Shown in pieces: positions 40,155-54,100 of a DNA stretch of 64,000 nt; within the stretch, counting starts at the first letter, position 1; the number at the start of each line of letters is the position of its first letter. The position numbers and the translations under genes are program-made. The notes under the pieces were generated by a model that saw nothing but the letters and a program-made list of their open reading frames with translations, was not told the origin of the DNA and searched no databases. This DNA is from Dipteris shenzhenensis (taxonomy: Eukaryota): the NCBI GenBank assembly GCA_047967505.1, contig CM106538.1. One strand, 5' to 3'.

Positions 40155-42496
40155 TTAAGCATCAGAATAGGACCCATGTGTAGTAGTGCGACCAAGAGGT
40201 AGTTCAGTAAGAAACCATGTACCTTTAGAGATTAAAGAATCATATTCAGCTTCCATGGCCTCTTGCCATTGAACCTTTTGTGCAAAAGAGATAGCTTCTG
40301 TATAAATAGTAGGGTCTTCATGAGCAACCATTGCATGATCAATGATGTCAAAGACATCAACATAATCATTAGGAGAACCATGTTCAAAATCAATAGGCAG
40401 ATCAACATAAATATCAACACTATCATCAGAAGCCTGTGTGTGTGCAGGATGCAAATCAAGATTGTCAACACATTGCTTTATAGACACAAGAGTAGCAATG
40501 ATGCCATTAGATAAAGGAGTAGTAATGACATCAGAAGTAGAATCATTATCAAATAGAAAAGGAAAGGTAGTAAGCAAGGACTCTGTATCCTCTGCATCCT
40601 CATTAGACCATGTCCCTCTCATTAATAGCTCATTGAATATGGCATCACGACTGATTATCACCTTCTTAGAGGGATCGTAGAATTTATAACCTTTAGAATT
40701 AAGAGAATATCCAATGAATATGACCTTTAAGCCACGAGGATCAAGCTTTTTCCGTGTCTCTTTTGGTACATGAATATAAGAAATGCAACCAAGAGTTCAA
40801 AAATGTGATACAGAAGAACTCTACCCTGTCCAAGCTATGATTGGTATCTTAGCAGAAGGTGCAGTCGTAGGAAGATAATTTTGCACAAAGATGGTTGTCA
40901 TCAGAATTGCTTCTGTCCAAAAACTCTGAACTAATCTTGAATGAAGGAGCATACATCGCATAGCATCAAGAGAAGTGCGATTCTTATGCTTTGCAGCACC
41001 ATTTTGTTGAGGAGAGTATCATAATAGTATATTCATGATGACTACCACACTCAATGCAATAATCATAAAAAAGATTAGAAATATATCTTCCACTGTTGTC
41101 ACTACGAAGGGTCTTGATACAAAAACCAATATGAAGTTTACCATGTCCATAATTGGAGAAAGGACGCTTGTGAGCAATACAATTTATCTCTGAATCTACA
41201 TCATCCGTTGTTATCATGACAGTTTCATGAGGGTCTTTATGATACTTGGGTCGTTGGGCATACTCAATCAAAGAAATACATGTTTGATCAAAATCAATCT
41301 CATTTTTGTTAGAAATGATGGTAACAATATTATCATGTAATGGATCCTGGACTGTGTTGAGAAGATAGGTTACCAATTGATTTCATGGAATAGGTGCACT
41401 AGGAGTAGCAAGTTGATTGATGATATTCTTTAATGACTCAATATGAGTTGTCATAGGAGTTCCAACTTTGTACGGATTGCTCAAAAGATTACAAAGATAA
41501 AGAATCTCTGTGATATGTTTCTTCTCAAAAGTAGCAACAAGATATTCCCATAAGAAATGAGAAGAAGGAAGGGCAAATACATCAAACATAAGAGAATCAT
41601 GTAGAGCAAATAAAATATGCTGACAAGTTGCATTATCACGAGAACATCGATTGGCAGAGTCAGATTTCCATTTCTCAAAGAGAGGGCCCTTAGTCACAAG
41701 AGCATGATTCGTAGTTGCATCAACAGGTTGGGATGGACAAACAAGATCACCAAGAACAATATCAAAAAGATTATCACATTCGAGTATCAATAACATCTTT
41801 CTAGCCAAAAAAGCCTTGTCCTTGAAACAAAGGAACAGATCATTGGCCAGAAGGAAAGCCGTTGACGATTATAGACATTGCCATCATGCATCGGGAAAAT
41901 AAGTATGTCAGAGCTCGTGACAATGAACGAGAACACAATTGTTGCTCGAATAATATAGAAGTTGAGATATGCCCAAAAAAGATAAGACGTGTGACAGGAG
42001 TATGCTAGAAATAGCATACACGCAAAGAAAAGCAATATGAGCTTGTTGATCATGAAACCAAGATATTTTTGGAGAAAAGCACTATGAGTGTGCCGATCAC
42101 GAAACCAAGACCTTGATCACGAAACCAAGATATTCTTGGAGAAAAGCACTACGAGTGTGCCGATCACGAAACCAAGACAAGAGTAGTCGGCATGAAAGAT
42201 GACGTAACTTTTTGTTTCGAAGTCCAATCGGGGCATGTGATAGCTCAAAACAAAGAGCACAACAAGAGATATGATCTACAAAGTGATCCTTGATCCCTCT
42301 TCCATCGATAACTTTCTCAAATTCCCACTAGAAGACCTTCAAAAAAACATATCAAGTTCGAGATGTCAAAATCGACAAGATAAAATAAGGGATGAGATAT
42401 TGAAAGAGCTATGTAATGAAATCAACAAGTAGTACCTCCTATCTTTCTTTGTTAGAGTGAGCATATAATAGCAAGACCATTTTTACTCTAATACCA
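40155..42496 (-). mobile_element. Ty1/copia internal region (PBS, gag, deleted integrase, start of RT), decayed
   Basis: PBS TGGTATTAGAG at 42496-42486; gag-like LWEYLVATFEKK; KTLRSDNSG, KLDPRG...FIGYS...KGYKFYDP; WQEAMEAEYDSLISKGTW. Confidence 0.85.
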
Positions 42497-42864
42497 TGTT
42501 GAGAGAGAAGAAGAAGAGATGATAGACACTGTAGGAACAAAGTGGAGACAGATTGTGAACACAAGTGAGCAAGAGTGCACACACAAGAGAGCTCCAATAG
42601 AAATGTTCAAATGAAACAATACAAGTACTTGGTATATATAGTACCCAAGTACTATTGGTCAACCATAGGGTTGACTTTATGCCTACAACACCATATCTTT
42701 GTAATCTCTTACAAATCCCCCTCAAAGATATGGCTGAAAGTACCCTAGAAACATCTCAGGTGTACCCTGTAGTACCTAAACTACCATGGTTGCACAAATT
42801 CATCCAGATGGATATGCAACCTATGGGAGTACATGAAAACAATGTCATTGTGAATCACTTCACA
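42497..42864 (-). repeat. Copia LTR (~368 bp, TG...CA)
   Basis: On minus it follows the PPT-like CAAGGTGGAT, begins TGTGAAG, and ends CTCAACA immediately before the PBS. Confidence 0.75.
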
Positions 42865-44431
42865 ATCCACCTTGACATTGTGAGAATGTCTCTGATCCCC
42901 AAGCCATGTCGATGTCGTAAGAAAAGATCTGTTGATAGGGCTTTGGTGAAGATATCCACCACATTGTCCTCGGATGGACAATAGATGAGATCCATAAAGC
43001 CATCAAAAATGCAATCCCATACATAATGATAATGATTTTCAATGTGTTTCATGCGAGCATGAAAGACAGGATTGTTGGCTATGGCAATGCAACTCTGGCT
43101 GTCATAGAAGATAGAGTTTGCTTCGCCATCCTGTGCATGATGCAAGTCATGCAAAAGCTTCCTTAACCACATTAACTCCATAGTGGCTGAATTTGCAGCT
43201 TTGTACTCTACTTCACTAAAGGAAAGAGAGACTCACTCTTTCTTCTTACTGAGCCATGAGATACAGGATGAACCCAATGAGAAGCAATAGCCAGCAGTGG
43301 ACCGTCTGTCGTCAATGTCCCCTGACCAATCTGAGTCGGTGAAACCACTCAGCTTTAGATCACAATCTGAAGCATAATGCAAGCCAAGAGAGAGAGAGTG
43401 CCATGGACATATCTGAGAACCCTCTTTGTTGCATTCCAATGTGTGATCATGGGACAATGCATGAACTGGCTCAAAAGCCCTGTGGCATAGGCAATATCAG
43501 GCCATGTGGAGCACAGATATATCAAACTGCCAACAACCAACTGCCTGTACAAAGTGCCATCAAACTTTTTAGCAGTATCATGCTTACTCAGCTTGAGTTC
43601 CTTTTCCAATGGAGTAGCCATAGGCTTACAGTTCTCCATTTTAATTTCTGCAACAACCCCTTCGAATACTTTGTCTATGACATAGAAATCCCATCATGGG
43701 TCTACCAAAACTCAATGCCAAGACAATAGTGCAATAGGCCCAAATCTGTCATGTCAAAGTTGTGACATAAAGCGGATTGCACTACTATAAGTTGGTGCAA
43801 ATCACTACCAGTGAGTATGATGTCATCCACATATAGTGCCGACATGACCAATTTTGATTTTTGCTGCAGAACATATAGATTGGGCTCTGTATGAGTGTTT
43901 ACGAAGCCTTGGGATAGTAAAAACTAATGTATCTTCTGATACCACACACAAGGTGCTTGCTTCAGCCCATATAGAGCCTTCTTGAGCTTGCATACCTTGT
44001 CCCTTCACCTCAAAACCTTGGGGCTAATGTACATAGACCTCCTCTTTAAGATCTCCATTGAGGAAAGCGGTCTTGACATCCATCTGATACACTGGCCAAC
44101 CATAAAATGCAGTAAGAGAGATGACAGAACAAATGGTGGTCATCTTGGCCACTGGAACAAATGTCTCCTCATAATTTATCCCCTCCTCTTGTGCATACCC
44201 CTTGGCAACCAAACGGGCTTTGTATTTCTCAACTATGCCATCTAAATGGTATTTCACCTTATTAATCCATTTCGTGCCAACCACATTTTTCCCGATGGAC
44301 ACATCAACCAAGTCCCATGTGGCATTCTTCTCAATGGATTTAATCTCAGCTTCCATAGCTTTCTGCCATGTCAGATTATGCTGAGCATCCTTGAAGCTCT
44401 GAGGCTCATTTTTTGCTTCATTTGAATACAA
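42865..44431 (-). mobile_element. Ty1/copia RT-RNase H region, decayed
   Basis: [55 protein letters not shown]. Confidence 0.92.
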
Positions 44432-47400
44432 ATGAAGGTATGGTTATTATGGCATGATCATAGGGGTATGCTGCAAACAAATGCAGTTTGGTTCAAGACA
44501 ATTAAATAGAATTGATAGGCTAAATGTTAGTCCCCAAACTAGATTATGAGGCACTAATTGATTAGAATTAGAATTGTTTGGAGGAGGGGGTTGTAAGGAT
44601 GAAGTCCTAGAGGGATTTGTAGCTGTACAATTTGATTAGTGTGATATGTTTTAATTTTCAAATGTTTGGGTGGTTGGGAGGCTTATTTCTTATAGTTTTT
44701 AAAGGTGCCTATGATTGAGATCCTAGGGATTCTAGTTATAATTAGCGAGGTATTTGGGCAACTTAGTAAAATTTTTATTATTGAAGTTGTTAAGATATAT
44801 GGTGAGAAATTGTGTGTGGTGGTTGAAACCTCACTACCTACACCTTCAATGACATTCTAGTAGTTGGAAGCTCATTAGAATGTGTTTATTGTAGTGTATA
44901 AAGAGACCTTTATTCGGTTCAAGGCACCTTGGCATTAAGATTGCTCTTGTGAAGTTTAAAAGTGATTAGCTAACTACATGATCAGCCTTTATTAACTTCA
45001 AATGCGAGTTAGTGAGAAGTAGATTATGGTTTTTCTATTCATGGATTCCTTTAGCGGCAATGCTCTGACTTGGTTAATGTAGTCTTAAGGTCTCAACAAA
45101 AGTGTAGTAGTCCATCAATATATATGAGGTAGACTCTCTAAATGAATTCCCCCCCCCCTTAATACTCACACACACAAGAAAGGGAGTAGGAAAAGCCTTG
45201 GAAACAATGTTTGGATAAGCTATTATCGAGGGGATTTGAATGTGGTTGGAGACCACCGACATGGAAGAGTTAGAACTTAGGTCCAATGCACACAAGGAGT
45301 AGAATGCGCATTTGGTGGCATCTTGCACAAAGATCAAGGTTGAAATGGAGCACCATTGATGCTCTAATTGGCACGGCACCATTGATGCTCTAATTGGCAC
45401 CTCCATTCTGGAGGTTGTAAATTGGAGCATCTGTGTGCGATTTCTTCTCTGCAAGCAATCTGCCCTTACTATTTGGCTCTGAGCACAGCCTTCAATGTTC
45501 CCGTAGAAACCCAGAGCTGACAGCCTGCTTTGTCCAAGCAATGAAAGAAGACCAGCTACACTCTACAGCTCAAACTCAGAGCTCCCTGCAGCTCCTCTGA
45601 TGATCCTATAACCTCACACGAGCTTCATCACATGGATTAAATGCAAGGCTCATTTCGTTCATGCTAGATAATTCGTTTCACCTTCGGAGTCGCACCAATG
45701 TCATGTGCACTAACCCTTAGTGCCCAAACCACCTGAGCTACCATCACTCCTGAGTGACTCTCGAGGTGATGGTGAATTTTGTGTCCTTTTCGTGGTATAT
45801 TATCCCTTGACCTAGAGCTTACATTATTAATCATAATGATGAGGACATGTATGATGTGAACGTGACTTCACGCTTGTCAAATCAATTTAAAAGGTCTATG
45901 GGGATTGACTTTCATGTACTATAGGGAGTCACAGAAAGATCAGATTTGCCCTTCAAGCCGTGACGTCCGAATAAGATAGAGCTTCGCCTCATGATGGATC
46001 AACACTATGCGATTGGATGTTAGCCAGTACAATTTTCGCACTTCTCTCCTGTTCATTAGCACACCCAAATCACAATGAGCAGGAGACAAGTGCGAAATTT
46101 TTACTGTATAACAACCAATCGCACTACATGGGGAGTTGTTTCAACTTTCCCCTATTCAGAATACAGGAGCTACGACGAGAGACCCCCAGCTGCCTGCAGT
46201 AGATTTTACAATTTGAAAGCCTCGGCGAGACTCGAAGCCGAGGTTACGTCCCGTTTAATCCTCAGCGACATGAATCATGATCACGATTCACGTTTCCTTG
46301 TCTTGCCTTCCGTTGTAGTAGTTGTTATTATGATTGCATCAAAATCTCTCCTACAAGCCTAGCCTACTCAGACTCCAGAGTATCAGATCTGTAACATCTG
46401 TTCTCCATCTTCTCGCCCTACTTGTACCTCATCAATTTTTTCTCTCGCACTTTAAAATCAGCCATTATGTGTGACATGTCCTCTGTTCAACTAGGCAAAT
46501 TGACTCTAGGCTCCTATGCGTTTGGCAGAATTTCCTAATCTGCTGAAAAGAGGCCGAAAAGATCTTTCTCCAGGCTGGGATGGGAACCTTTCCTATTGTT
46601 GTATGTATATAGTCGGAAAGCCCGGATGTCACCAGGGAAAAGGCAATGTTGTTTGGCGGAAGTGGATTCTGGCCTCAGCGAGGGTCCTGCCAACTTCTGC
46701 AGATAGCCAACGAAGCTGCTGGAGCCTGGAGGCGCTACCTTATTAATTTATGAACACCGCAGGACGTGCGCCGCGCGCGTGTGCATGCAGTCGGTGAGAG
46801 GCTGAAGCTCCTTAATCAAAACTGTAAAGCACAAATTAAAATATGGCCAAGTGCCGACTTTATAACTTATGTATACGACAGTGCGAACCTCCGAAGTTTT
46901 ACTAGTAGAATTCTAGAAGTAGATCCACCTTTACCCACAGCTTTGGAAGTTCCCGGCATTATTCTGAAAGAATGCATTATGCACAGCTGTACGCCACGGG
47001 TTGACACGATACTGACATCGACCCTCGATGAAAGACAGCAATATTATTAGTTGTAACTTGTGACTCGTGAGAGATGGATGGACAGTGGACCGTGATCCGG
47101 GACGTCAGAGAAGCAACATGTGGCATGAGCATTCAGCATTGACGATAATTGGACATGCCAACTCCCGTGATTGGCGACGGGGCTCCAGAGCCCAGATTAT
47201 CAGCCGGGGCCGGCGTCTCGGTGCTCAACCGTAGACGGTACGTTGATAATAATCCAGGGACGTTGTCGTTTTATCGCCTGAGCTCGTTGTCTTGTCCAAT
47301 GACGTATATTTTCAAAAGCCTGTGTAGCATCATACGTCAACGCCAGTCACGAGTGAAACTTCACGATTCACGAATATAGTATATACATTGTCCATAAATG

Positions 47401-50400
47401 AAATATTCACTCCACACTCAGCCTCAGCACTGTTCACACAAAACACTTCTTTAACAAAACCTTCGAGTTGAGGATTTTATTGTCAATGAGATTTAGTAGG
47501 TCTTAACCAAGAACTTGGCTTAAATATGCCTTGCAAGTTTTAAAACCTGCTATTCCTAGGCTATTGCTAAATTTGAAGGTTTCTTTTTCCAAAATTGCCA
47601 TTGACATAACACTACACATCAGTTTTTGGTGAACACTCGTTGAAAACAATGTAAATGGCATTCAAGTGGCCTGTTCTGTAGCAAGGAAAAGAGGGGGAGA
47701 GAGTGAGAGAGCGAGAATGAGAAAGAGATTACTTGGATCCACACCAACGAGAAGAGGGGGGGGGGGGAGAGAGAGAGTGTGTGTGTGTGTGTGCTTGCCT
47801 TGAAATAGAAAGAGAGAGAAAGAGGGAGGAAAGGTTGGAGATCACATGCCACGTATTTATTTTTAAAATTAAGAAAAGCAACTGTGGGCTTTTTCACTTC
47901 CTGGAGCGTCGCCTTTACTTAGTCCTCCCCTTGAGGCAGGCCAAAAAACACTTTAGGCAAACCGTCCCTTTGTTTATTTTTTTATTTAGCGCCCAAGTTT
48001 TAAAACCCTTTATTTTTAAATTTGAATGTTAATTTCCAAAATTTGCTAACCACCTGACCTTAAACCTCGGTTTTTTTAGAACATTGCTTCCATGATGTTT
48101 CACAACAATTAATTTCAACTTCACAAAAGTATTTTTATTGATCCCCAAAAATCTCAATTTTTTAAGATGTATTTCTCTTCCATCCCCCCCCCCCCAAAAA
48201 AAGGGCCAAACTTTGGTGGTTTTTAGGATCTCCCAACAAAAATGAGAGAAAAATGATAACCCATCTGCTTCATCTCACATTGAGCACTATTTGGAATTTT
48301 TCTTTGCTCCAGCCCTCTTTTCAAATTTCATGCTGGCTCTTGAGCGGGAAGCTTCTTTCTCTATTTTTCCTCTCATGGGATGGACTCTCACGCCATTATC
48401 TCGTCACTTCTCTTCTCTACCTGCATTTCCCTTCCATTTCACTCTCATTCTTTCAAAACATTCAAGATTTTTGAATGAGATTCAACCTACCTTCTTCTTT
48501 CTCTATTTTGGCCGCTTCTCCTTCAAATCTCGCCACTTCCTCTCTCATCTAAGATTCCCCCACGATCTAAAATCATTTCATTTAGAAAGACAAGGCAATC
48601 AATGTTTTGAGTGAGACATGAAAGGTGCAAGCTGTTTGGAGCTTAGAAGGAGCTATTGGATGAGATTCTTTGAGAAAGGATCAAAGAAGATTGACTTTCA
48701 GGCATTGCAGTTGCTGATGCATGAGAATCAATCTTTCTTTTGCCCATCTCTCAATACTAGTTACTTTCCCTATTGCAATCTCTAACGGTACATGATTTCG
48801 AATCATTTGTGAAGGTTTGGGATCCATCCAGATAGCTTTTATGGAGGTTCAGGTGAGATAATCTTTGGAACAATGCAACATAGTGATTATGACAAGATTT
48901 GTTTGTTAATGATATAACTTTGAAGAGACAATTAGTTTGTAGTTCATTTTGTGTAGTTGTGTTATTTTGTTTTATTTCATGGTTTGAAAACGTTGAAAAT
49001 TTTGTTGTTTTGTAAGAAATTCCATGAGAAATGAGTCTTTTTCACTCTTACTATCAATGGTTTTCTACATAATATTGCTCGAAATAGATTTCAAGATGTT
49101 TGGGAGCATATAATTTGTTTTGAAGCAAGAACCATCAACTTCATCAATCCTGGAACACATTTGGGACCATTAAGAGGGACAAGTTTGATCACATTTTTCT
49201 TTCAAAGAACCTTGCTCCAAGAATCAGGTACTATTCATTCATGTAGTTTTAGAATGTTTTTAGTTTTCAACTCAAATCAAGGTCTATCAGAGCAACTTGC
49301 ACATAGATTCAGGTGAGAAAACCTTTAGAACAATGCAAGACAATGAAAATAATGAGATTTTATGATGCAACTTTGAAGAAGCATTTAATTTGTAGTTTGT
49401 TTTGGTAAGTTTGTTGTTTTCTTTTAATACATGATTTAAAGAGGAAGAAATATTTTTTTGTTTTAAAAGATACACTCTTACTATTGAGTTTTTTTACAGA
49501 AGATGGTTTGAAATAGATTTTGAGTTGTTTGGAAGCATATAATTAGTATTGGAGAAAAATCCATCAACCTTAGCATCCTATTTTACAAGAGGGACCATTG
49601 AGGAGGACAAGTTTGATCACGTTTTTTCTTCAAAGATCCTTGTGAGGTATTGTTCATTCACATAGTTTAATAGTGTTTGATGATAAGTAAATGTTTTTTT
49701 GAATTTATAGATTTCAATCATTAGATTTTGCATGCAATTTGGGTTTTCATTTTTGCTTGGTTTGATACTTTTTTGAAACACGTCATGTTTGTATATTATT
49801 TGTTGATGTCAATGCTATATTATATTAGGTGAAAAGTGCATGAAATCATGCAAGCCGCTCGAAATTTAAAAAAGGTGGATATCTATTTTCAAATAGATGC
49901 AGAGAATGCACCATTTTTAAAGAAGAATGAATCCTCCTTAGCAAGTGAAAGTGATTTACTAGCTCTTTGAAATCTCTTTGAAATCAAGGAAAAGCACATA
50001 CGGATTTGTGGTTAGAAGGGAAAATATATCCGGTAGATCCACAAACTTGTGAGACTCCTCAATTCCATGGATTGATCAACTTAATAAAGTTCCTATGTAA
50101 GGGTAAGAATGGTTTGTTAGGATATTGTCGAAGGTTGATTGGTCATGGAGCAAGTAGCCATCACAGCCAATATCAATCTTTGCTTAATGAAAGAGACAAA
50201 AGAATTGCAATGTTGGAGGCTTGGAATCAACATTTGGTATCATCTATGCAAGCTACAAGTGTTCAAATGTCTACATATGATGGCATAGAGAAGAAACGTC
50301 AAAAATTACAGGTAAAGGTTCAAACATTAGATGCTCAGTTGGGAGAGAGCACTATAAATGCAATTCATTTACAGATGCGAAACACAACTCTAAAGGATGA

Positions 50401-50470
50401 GATCAAGAAGTTGGAAAGAACATTATCATTCATGAATAATACTCCAATGGGTCCAAGACTACATAAGAGA

Positions 50471-50776
50471 AAATTGCATCCAATGGATGAAATATCCAAG
50501 AAAAGTGGTCACTGGAAGCATCGAGTGAGAGCTTGTAGGAGTGTTTCAGAACTCATGTCAATCCATGATGAACACTATGATGCTATGGGTGAAGTGTTTA
50601 CAAAAAAAATATTGGAGTCTGTTAAATTGCATCCAATGGATGAAATATCCAAGAAAAGTGGTCACTGGAAGCATCGAGTGAGAGCTTGTAGGAGTGTTTC
50701 AGAACTCATGTCAATCCATGATGAACACTATGATGCTATGGGTGAAGTGTTTACAAAAAAAATATTAGAGTCTGTT
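50471..50776 (+). repeat. 153-bp near-perfect in-frame tandem duplication
   Basis: 50471-50623 and 50624-50776; I see one difference (ATTGGAG vs ATTAGAG). Confidence 0.95.
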
Positions 50777-51144
50777 ACACAACAAGACAAAGCAACTATA
50801 GACACACTTGATAGACGCATAAAATAGCGGGCACATCTATAGGCATTGTTAGAATAGTGAAAATATGGGTGCGTCTAATAGTGTGTCTATTTGCACATCT
50901 AATAGTGCATCTGCACTGTGATTTAGATGCGGATTTAGATGCAAAACAGAGAATACAGACAGTGAGATTTTGGTGCAAGCTGATAAATGTACATCACTAC
51001 TTTCCAAACATTGCCCATGATTACCAAAGCACATAATTTTAACAAAAATATTAATGCTTTTTTGCAAACCCACATATACAAAAATTAAGTGAGGGAGGAG
51101 AACGAGATAATATGTAAAATAGTTTTGCCATTATCAATGATGGG

Positions 51145-54100
51145 CTATGATTCAATCTCATCCTCAATGAGATTTATCTGCTTCAAAATCCAAACTAGTA
51201 TTGAGATCTAAAAATACATTCAGCCCACTACTACTTGTGCTACTCATGTGTTCATCGAAATCAGCATCACCAATGGTAGGCTCGTCCTCACATGTAATGG
51301 CCTCAATATCTATATCTCCTATCTCATGATCATCCTCCTCTCTCATATCGTGGTCATAATCACCTCCATGGCCATGATCATCCTCCATACGCTCCATATT
51401 AGAAAATGTACTATACATCACTTTGGAACGTGGTGTAATAGGTATGACATGCCACCACCTATTATTATCCCCCACCATTGGTTGATAGACAACCTAATTC
51501 AAACACAAATACAACCATGTTATTTTCCTTGCATCAAAGATATCAAATATTTAAAAGTGAGTATTTTTATATGTGTGTGTACAATACCTGTTCACATTGT
51601 TGCGGTAGTACTAATGTGTCCTTCTTACTTTGCCAAAACTTTGTGGAGTCAATAGTTACAAAGCCGCTTGCATGGCGCTTGATTGTTGCATTAGGGCCTC
51701 TTTCCACCATGTCCTGAAACCACTTTACATCCAAAACATACACAAAGAAGCGTCAAAAGTCAAGCTTAATAATATCTTGGATTATGCCACAATAATCATC
51801 CATGTCTCCATTGGCTCCCTCAAAGCTAGCAATGATGCCACAATCTTGTGTGTTTGTATAATCATCAATCTGTTGTGTTCGAAATGCTTGCCCTCACACC
51901 ATATAGCATTGAACATAGTATACTACACCAAGACAAAATCAATTAAATAAGCAATCTAAATTGTTGAAAGCTCCTAACTTATGCATGACATTCTATATAC
52001 CAACCTTGCTCATGCATCCCCTAGCATACTCCCATTCTTCCATTGTGATATGCATCTTCTCATCTCTCTCTGCTCTCTCCATTTTGTCAAGTAGCCAATC
52101 CACATGAATATACTTTGGAAGTGCTCTTAGATGCTGAGGGTATGGCACATGAGATCCGTGGTGTGTATGAAAGAGGGCCCTTTCTCCTTGTCTTCTTGCC
52201 TTTGCATCCTCGTATCTTGTCACCCATCTTTTCATCACATCACTATTAAGCATGCAGTAAAGGTTGATATTATTAAGCAACTCAATGTCTATTACTTTGT
52301 TGCGTCCTTTCCCTTGAGGCACAATAGAGGTCATCTTTAGGTCTTCATCATTTCTCCATATTCGTGGGAGAGAGCTATCCACATCAACAAGAAACTCAAA
52401 AATATATACAAGTGACTCTTGTACCAACCAACCCTCGGCCATGGTACCTTCAGGTCTTGCATTTTGTCTCACAAAATTCTTCAAGGTCTTCATGAAGCGC
52501 TCAAGGAAGAATAACCATCGTGCATGTACAGTACCGCATATAGCAATCTCATCCACCAAATGCACTATGAGATGTAGTTGGCTTGTGAGAATAGGATGTG
52601 GAAATGTCTCCTCCACTAAACAAACCACCTCCACTGTGACATAACTCGAGCATTCTCAAGCGTGGTGGGATCTATTTCCTTTGAGCTCACATACCTAGAA
52701 AGGAAAAAGTACGCCATATTAGCAATATGAACAGCTTGCATGGAGCATTGATACGCTTCACATTTTGTATCCTGTAAAGTACCTCACAAGCTAGCCCATC
52801 TTTTAAATACAATCCTTCACATCCTTTGATGCACTACGAGAAATGCTAGTAGGCAGTATGCATTGAACACACAAGGAATGGTTGATTAGTTGCTTCTAAT
52901 TCACTCACAAATTTGGAAGGAAAAAGATATTATGCACATAAAATACTTACTTGGAGCATCTTGTGCTAATCATGAGATTTTAAGCCATATAATTGCTCTA
53001 CACCTCTTTTCTTACTCTTTGTGAAGGCCCCCTTCAAACACCTCATGCATCCAGTGGGAGTACGAATTGTAGTGATAGCTAGCTTCACCACCACCATCTC
53101 TAGCTTTGATAACCTCCACGGTGGACGAGGTAAAAAGACTTGGCCTCTCTTGTGGCCAAGCTTCATGCATCCTCCCTGTGCTATGTAGATCCTCCCTTAT
53201 GCTTACGGAATCTCATGTCCCATTCAAATGTTCCCAAATGGTAGACACCACATTCTTGAAGATATGGATGGGATCAAGAAGGTGATTGATCTTGAGGTGG
53301 GATCAATATGATAAACGATAAAAGATGGAGTATCTAAACAAAATCTGGTGTTAGCGGGCAATCTTTATTTCCATTCAATATAGCACACAATAGTTACAAA
53401 CCCTTACCGGCTCATGCCAAGTGGTGGAGTCATCATGGAACCATCCCAAATTCTCATCCAATCTCCTGCAGTGAGTGACTGTGGGGAGACTTCATTCCAA
53501 GGGGTGACATATCTAGGATGATCAAGTAGAAGAAATCGATGGTGATTCTCATAGATGACCTTATTCAATGCATCTGCCCGTGAGGCAACTAGCAAAGGAC
53601 CACAAACAGGACATGCATGGTAACCCGATGTAGTGAGACCTAAACAATAGATGCAATTCAGAGTTGAAGGTGGGTTTAAGGTGCCACATCAATTGCCTAC
53701 TCATTATTAAAAGTGCAATGCTTACCTGAACACTCGCCATAGCATGAGAAGTCATGCATCGTCGTCCACATCAAGACTGCTTTGCAGTTAAAGTCTCATG
53801 ATGAGGGAGGCCTGCTCACCCTAACTGGCCATACACTATAAGAGGTGCTTTTGAGACCAAATGGGTTCACACCATCCATACCCAATCCAAGTCTCAAGCT
53901 CCTAGGTTCTTCCTTGAAGCTTGGCCATGTGTCTTTAATATGCTTCTACACAGGAGTGTTTGCGGGAGTTCTCCACTTGCCATCGGTTGATCAATGGGAG
54001 CAATGCTATGACATGAGCTCTGCAATGGATTTGCACTTGAATATATGTTGGATGCAAGGGATTATGGGAAAATGTCGTGGAACCTTACGAGGCACATCCA

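Noticed and set aside
44432-45600. Possible further retroelement or gene sequence
   Set aside because: No recognisable motif; left unannotated
45600-47420. Conserved plant miRNA or tRNA gene in the CpG island
   Set aside because: No mature sequence I recognise (miR156/160/166/171/319/390/535) and no cloverleaf seen by eye
47880-48060. Possible left TIR of the RAG1-like element (AAAACCCT..TTTTTAAA resembles rc of 63054-63072)
   Set aside because: Short A/T-rich match with no CAC terminus or TSD; no convincing RSS-like CACAGTG/CACAATG end found, so element boundaries are left undefined
50778-50827. C-terminal TQQDKATIDTLDRRIK of the 273-aa ORF
   Set aside because: Read-through into the CACAA TIR, not part of the interrupted protein
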